A DNA stretch of 64,000 nucleotides from an uncultured Gemmatimonadales bacterium (GTDB taxonomy: Bacteria; Gemmatimonadota; Gemmatimonadetes; Longimicrobiales; Gaopeijiaceae), in contig CAWELD010000003.1 of assembly GCA_963809895.1 (NCBI GenBank), forward strand, positions 2,208,001-2,272,000. Reading direction: 5' to 3'. How positions within the stretch are numbered: position 1 is the first letter of the stretch; the number at the start of each line of letters is the position of its first letter. Below, in pieces: positions 62,395 to 64,000 of the stretch. A program made the translations under genes and the position numbers. The notes beneath the pieces were generated by a model. That model ran no database searches, had not been told where the DNA came from, and worked only from the letters and a program-made list of their open reading frames with translations.

Positions 62395-64000
62395 AGACCA
62401 TCCACTTCGTCGTCGTCCGTGGGAACGGACCCGGAGCCGGAGCCGGTTCCTCTGAACGCCGGCACCGAGAATCCCATGACCGTCCCCTGCCCCAGCTCGC
62501 TCCGGGCCCACACTTCACCGCCCATGGCCTGGACGAGATGGCGTACGATGGCCAGACCGAGCCCCGTGCCGCCCACGTCGCGGGCCCGGGAGTTGTCCGC
62601 CCGGTAGAAGCGCTCGAAGATCCTCGGGAGTGAGCGCGACGGGATCCCCAGCCCCGTGTCCTCCACCTCCACGGACCACCGCCGGGGGCCCGTATCCCCC
62701 GGGCCCTCCCCGATGCGGACCACCACCGTGCCACCGTCCGACGTGTAACGACGGGCGTTGTCCAGGAGGTTGCGAAGCACCTGCTCCACGCCCTGCTCGT
62801 CGGCCAGGGCCACGCCGTCGCCCTCCACGCGGAACTCCAACCCCCGCTCCGGGCCGCCGGCGTCCAGATCCTCCCAGACCCGTTCCGCGACCACTGCCAG
62901 ATCCACGGCCTCCCGGCGCGCGGACCACCCGCCGGACTCGAGCCGGGACAGATCCAGGAGGTCGTCCACCAATCTCTGCAGGCGCACCGTGTTCAGGCGG
63001 ATGGAATCCAGGAACTCGCGCTTGAGATCGGGCGGCGGCTCGTCGTCCAGCAGCGTCTCGGCGAAGCCCCGGATCGAGGTGAGCGGCGTCTTGAGCTCGT
63101 GCGAGGCGTTGGCGACGAAATCCCTCCTGACCTGCTCCAGGCGGCGGATCTCCGAAACGTCCAAGAAGGTGGTCACCGCGCCCCCCTGATCCAGGAGGCG
63201 GCTGGACACGATGAGGTGGCGCTGATCCAGGACGACCTCCCGGGCGCTCACGGGCTGGACCACCGATTCCTCCAGGAGATCCCGGAGCTCCGGCTGGCGC
63301 ACGATGGTGCCTACCGGCGCGAAATCCGTGACGTCGGGGAGCCCGAGGAGCTCGCGCGCCGCTCGGTTCGTGCGCAGCACCCGGGCATCGTCGGTGAGGG
63401 CGACGACGCCCTCGGCCATGCAGTCGATGAGCGCCTGCATCTCGTCCCGCTCCCGGCCGAGCTCCCGCAGGCGGGCCTGGAGCTCGTCGGCGAGGCGGTT
63501 GAAGGCCTGGGCCAGCTCGTCCATCTCCTCCACGCGGGTGCTGCGGGGCACCCGGCGAGAGAAGTCCCCCTGAGCCAGATCCCGAGCCCGATCCGACAGG
63601 ATCACCAGAGGGTGCGTCAGCGCCCGGCTCACGCCGTACGCCGCCAGCAGCGCCACGAGCATGGCCAGCAGCCCGGCGACCGCCACCGCCCGCAGGCTCC
63701 GGCCCAGGGTGGCCCGCACCTCGTCCAGGGGCGCGGCGATGCGCAGCACGATGGGAACCGTGCCCAGCTCCGACGGCATGGCCCCGTAGACGAAGCGGAT
63801 GCCCCGGGTGGCGCTCAGGCGCTCGGCGAATCCCGTGCCGCCCCGCAACGCCTCGACCACCTCGGGCCGCGTGGCGTGATTCTCCATCTCGCCCAGCCCC
63901 GAGGCGCGCACGTCGGAGTCGCCCAACACGGTGCCGTCGCGGGCGATGAAGGTGACCCGGTGGCCGATGCGCGCCGTGATCGCCCCCGCCAGGGAATCGG
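62391..64000 (-). CDS. phoR: Phosphate regulon sensor kinase (5' end outside window)
   Basis: HAMP, PAS, RRDFVANASHELKTPLTSI, RIFERFYR, GGTGLGLAIV; upstream of the pst operon. Confidence 0.9.
   Translation of the reverse strand, partial: DSLAGAITARIGHRVTFIARDGTVLGDSDVRASGLGEMENHATRPEVVEALRGGTGFAERLSATRGIRFVYGAMPSELGTVPIVLRIAAPLDEVRATLGRSLRAVAVAGLLAMLVALLAAYGVSRALTHPLVILSDRARDLAQGDFSRRVPRSTRVEEMDELAQAFNRLADELQARLRELGRERDEMQALIDCMAEGVVALTDDARVLRTNRAARELLGLPDVTDFAPVGTIVRQPELRDLLEESVVQPVSAREVVLDQRHLIVSSRLLDQGGAVTTFLDVSEIRRLEQVRRDFVANASHELKTPLTSIRGFAETLLDDEPPPDLKREFLDSIRLNTVRLQRLVDDLLDLSRLESGGWSARREAVDLAVVAERVWEDLDAGGPERGLEFRVEGDGVALADEQGVEQVLRNLLDNARRYTSDGGTVVVRIGEGPGDTGPRRWSVEVEDTGLGIPSRSLPRIFERFYRADNSRARDVGGTGLGLAIVRHLVQAMGGEVWARSELGQGTVMGFSVPAFRGTGSGSGSVPTDDDEVDGL

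Overview
High-GC bacterial chromosomal window. Gene content (PadR/ADOP permease pair, DUF2911, many lipoproteins) suggests a Gemmatimonadota/Acidobacteriota-like diderm; this is inference only. Left part: PEP carboxylase, a small secreted Gly-Gly/hydrophobic-tail protein coupled to a C39-like peptidase fused to a POTRA/beta-barrel-like region, a penicillin acylase, OsmC and an M28 peptidase. Between 13.7 and 25.9 kb lies a ~12.2 kb element integrated in tRNA-Lys(CTT), bounded by 46-bp direct repeats. It carries a tyrosine integrase, an excisionase-like gene, HTH regulators and an intact terminase large subunit, but no recognisable capsid, portal or replicase. It also carries a lower-GC cargo cassette (Cys-rich secreted protein, beta-propeller, FliB-like Cys-cluster enzyme). 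Next come an ABC exporter and a DUF222-HNH gene with paired parS-like palindromes. A tightly coupled porin-multiheme cytochrome operon follows (46 heme-binding motifs), consistent with a trans-envelope electron conduit. The right part is housekeeping: acyl-CoA dehydrogenase/CoA transferase, IDH-family enzyme, msrB, ilvE, ggt, a TRAP transporter, a sensor kinase and phoR-pstSCAB-phoU. Several genes contain single-base frameshifts that look like long-read sequencing errors. All calls are by eye from motifs; no database searches were run.
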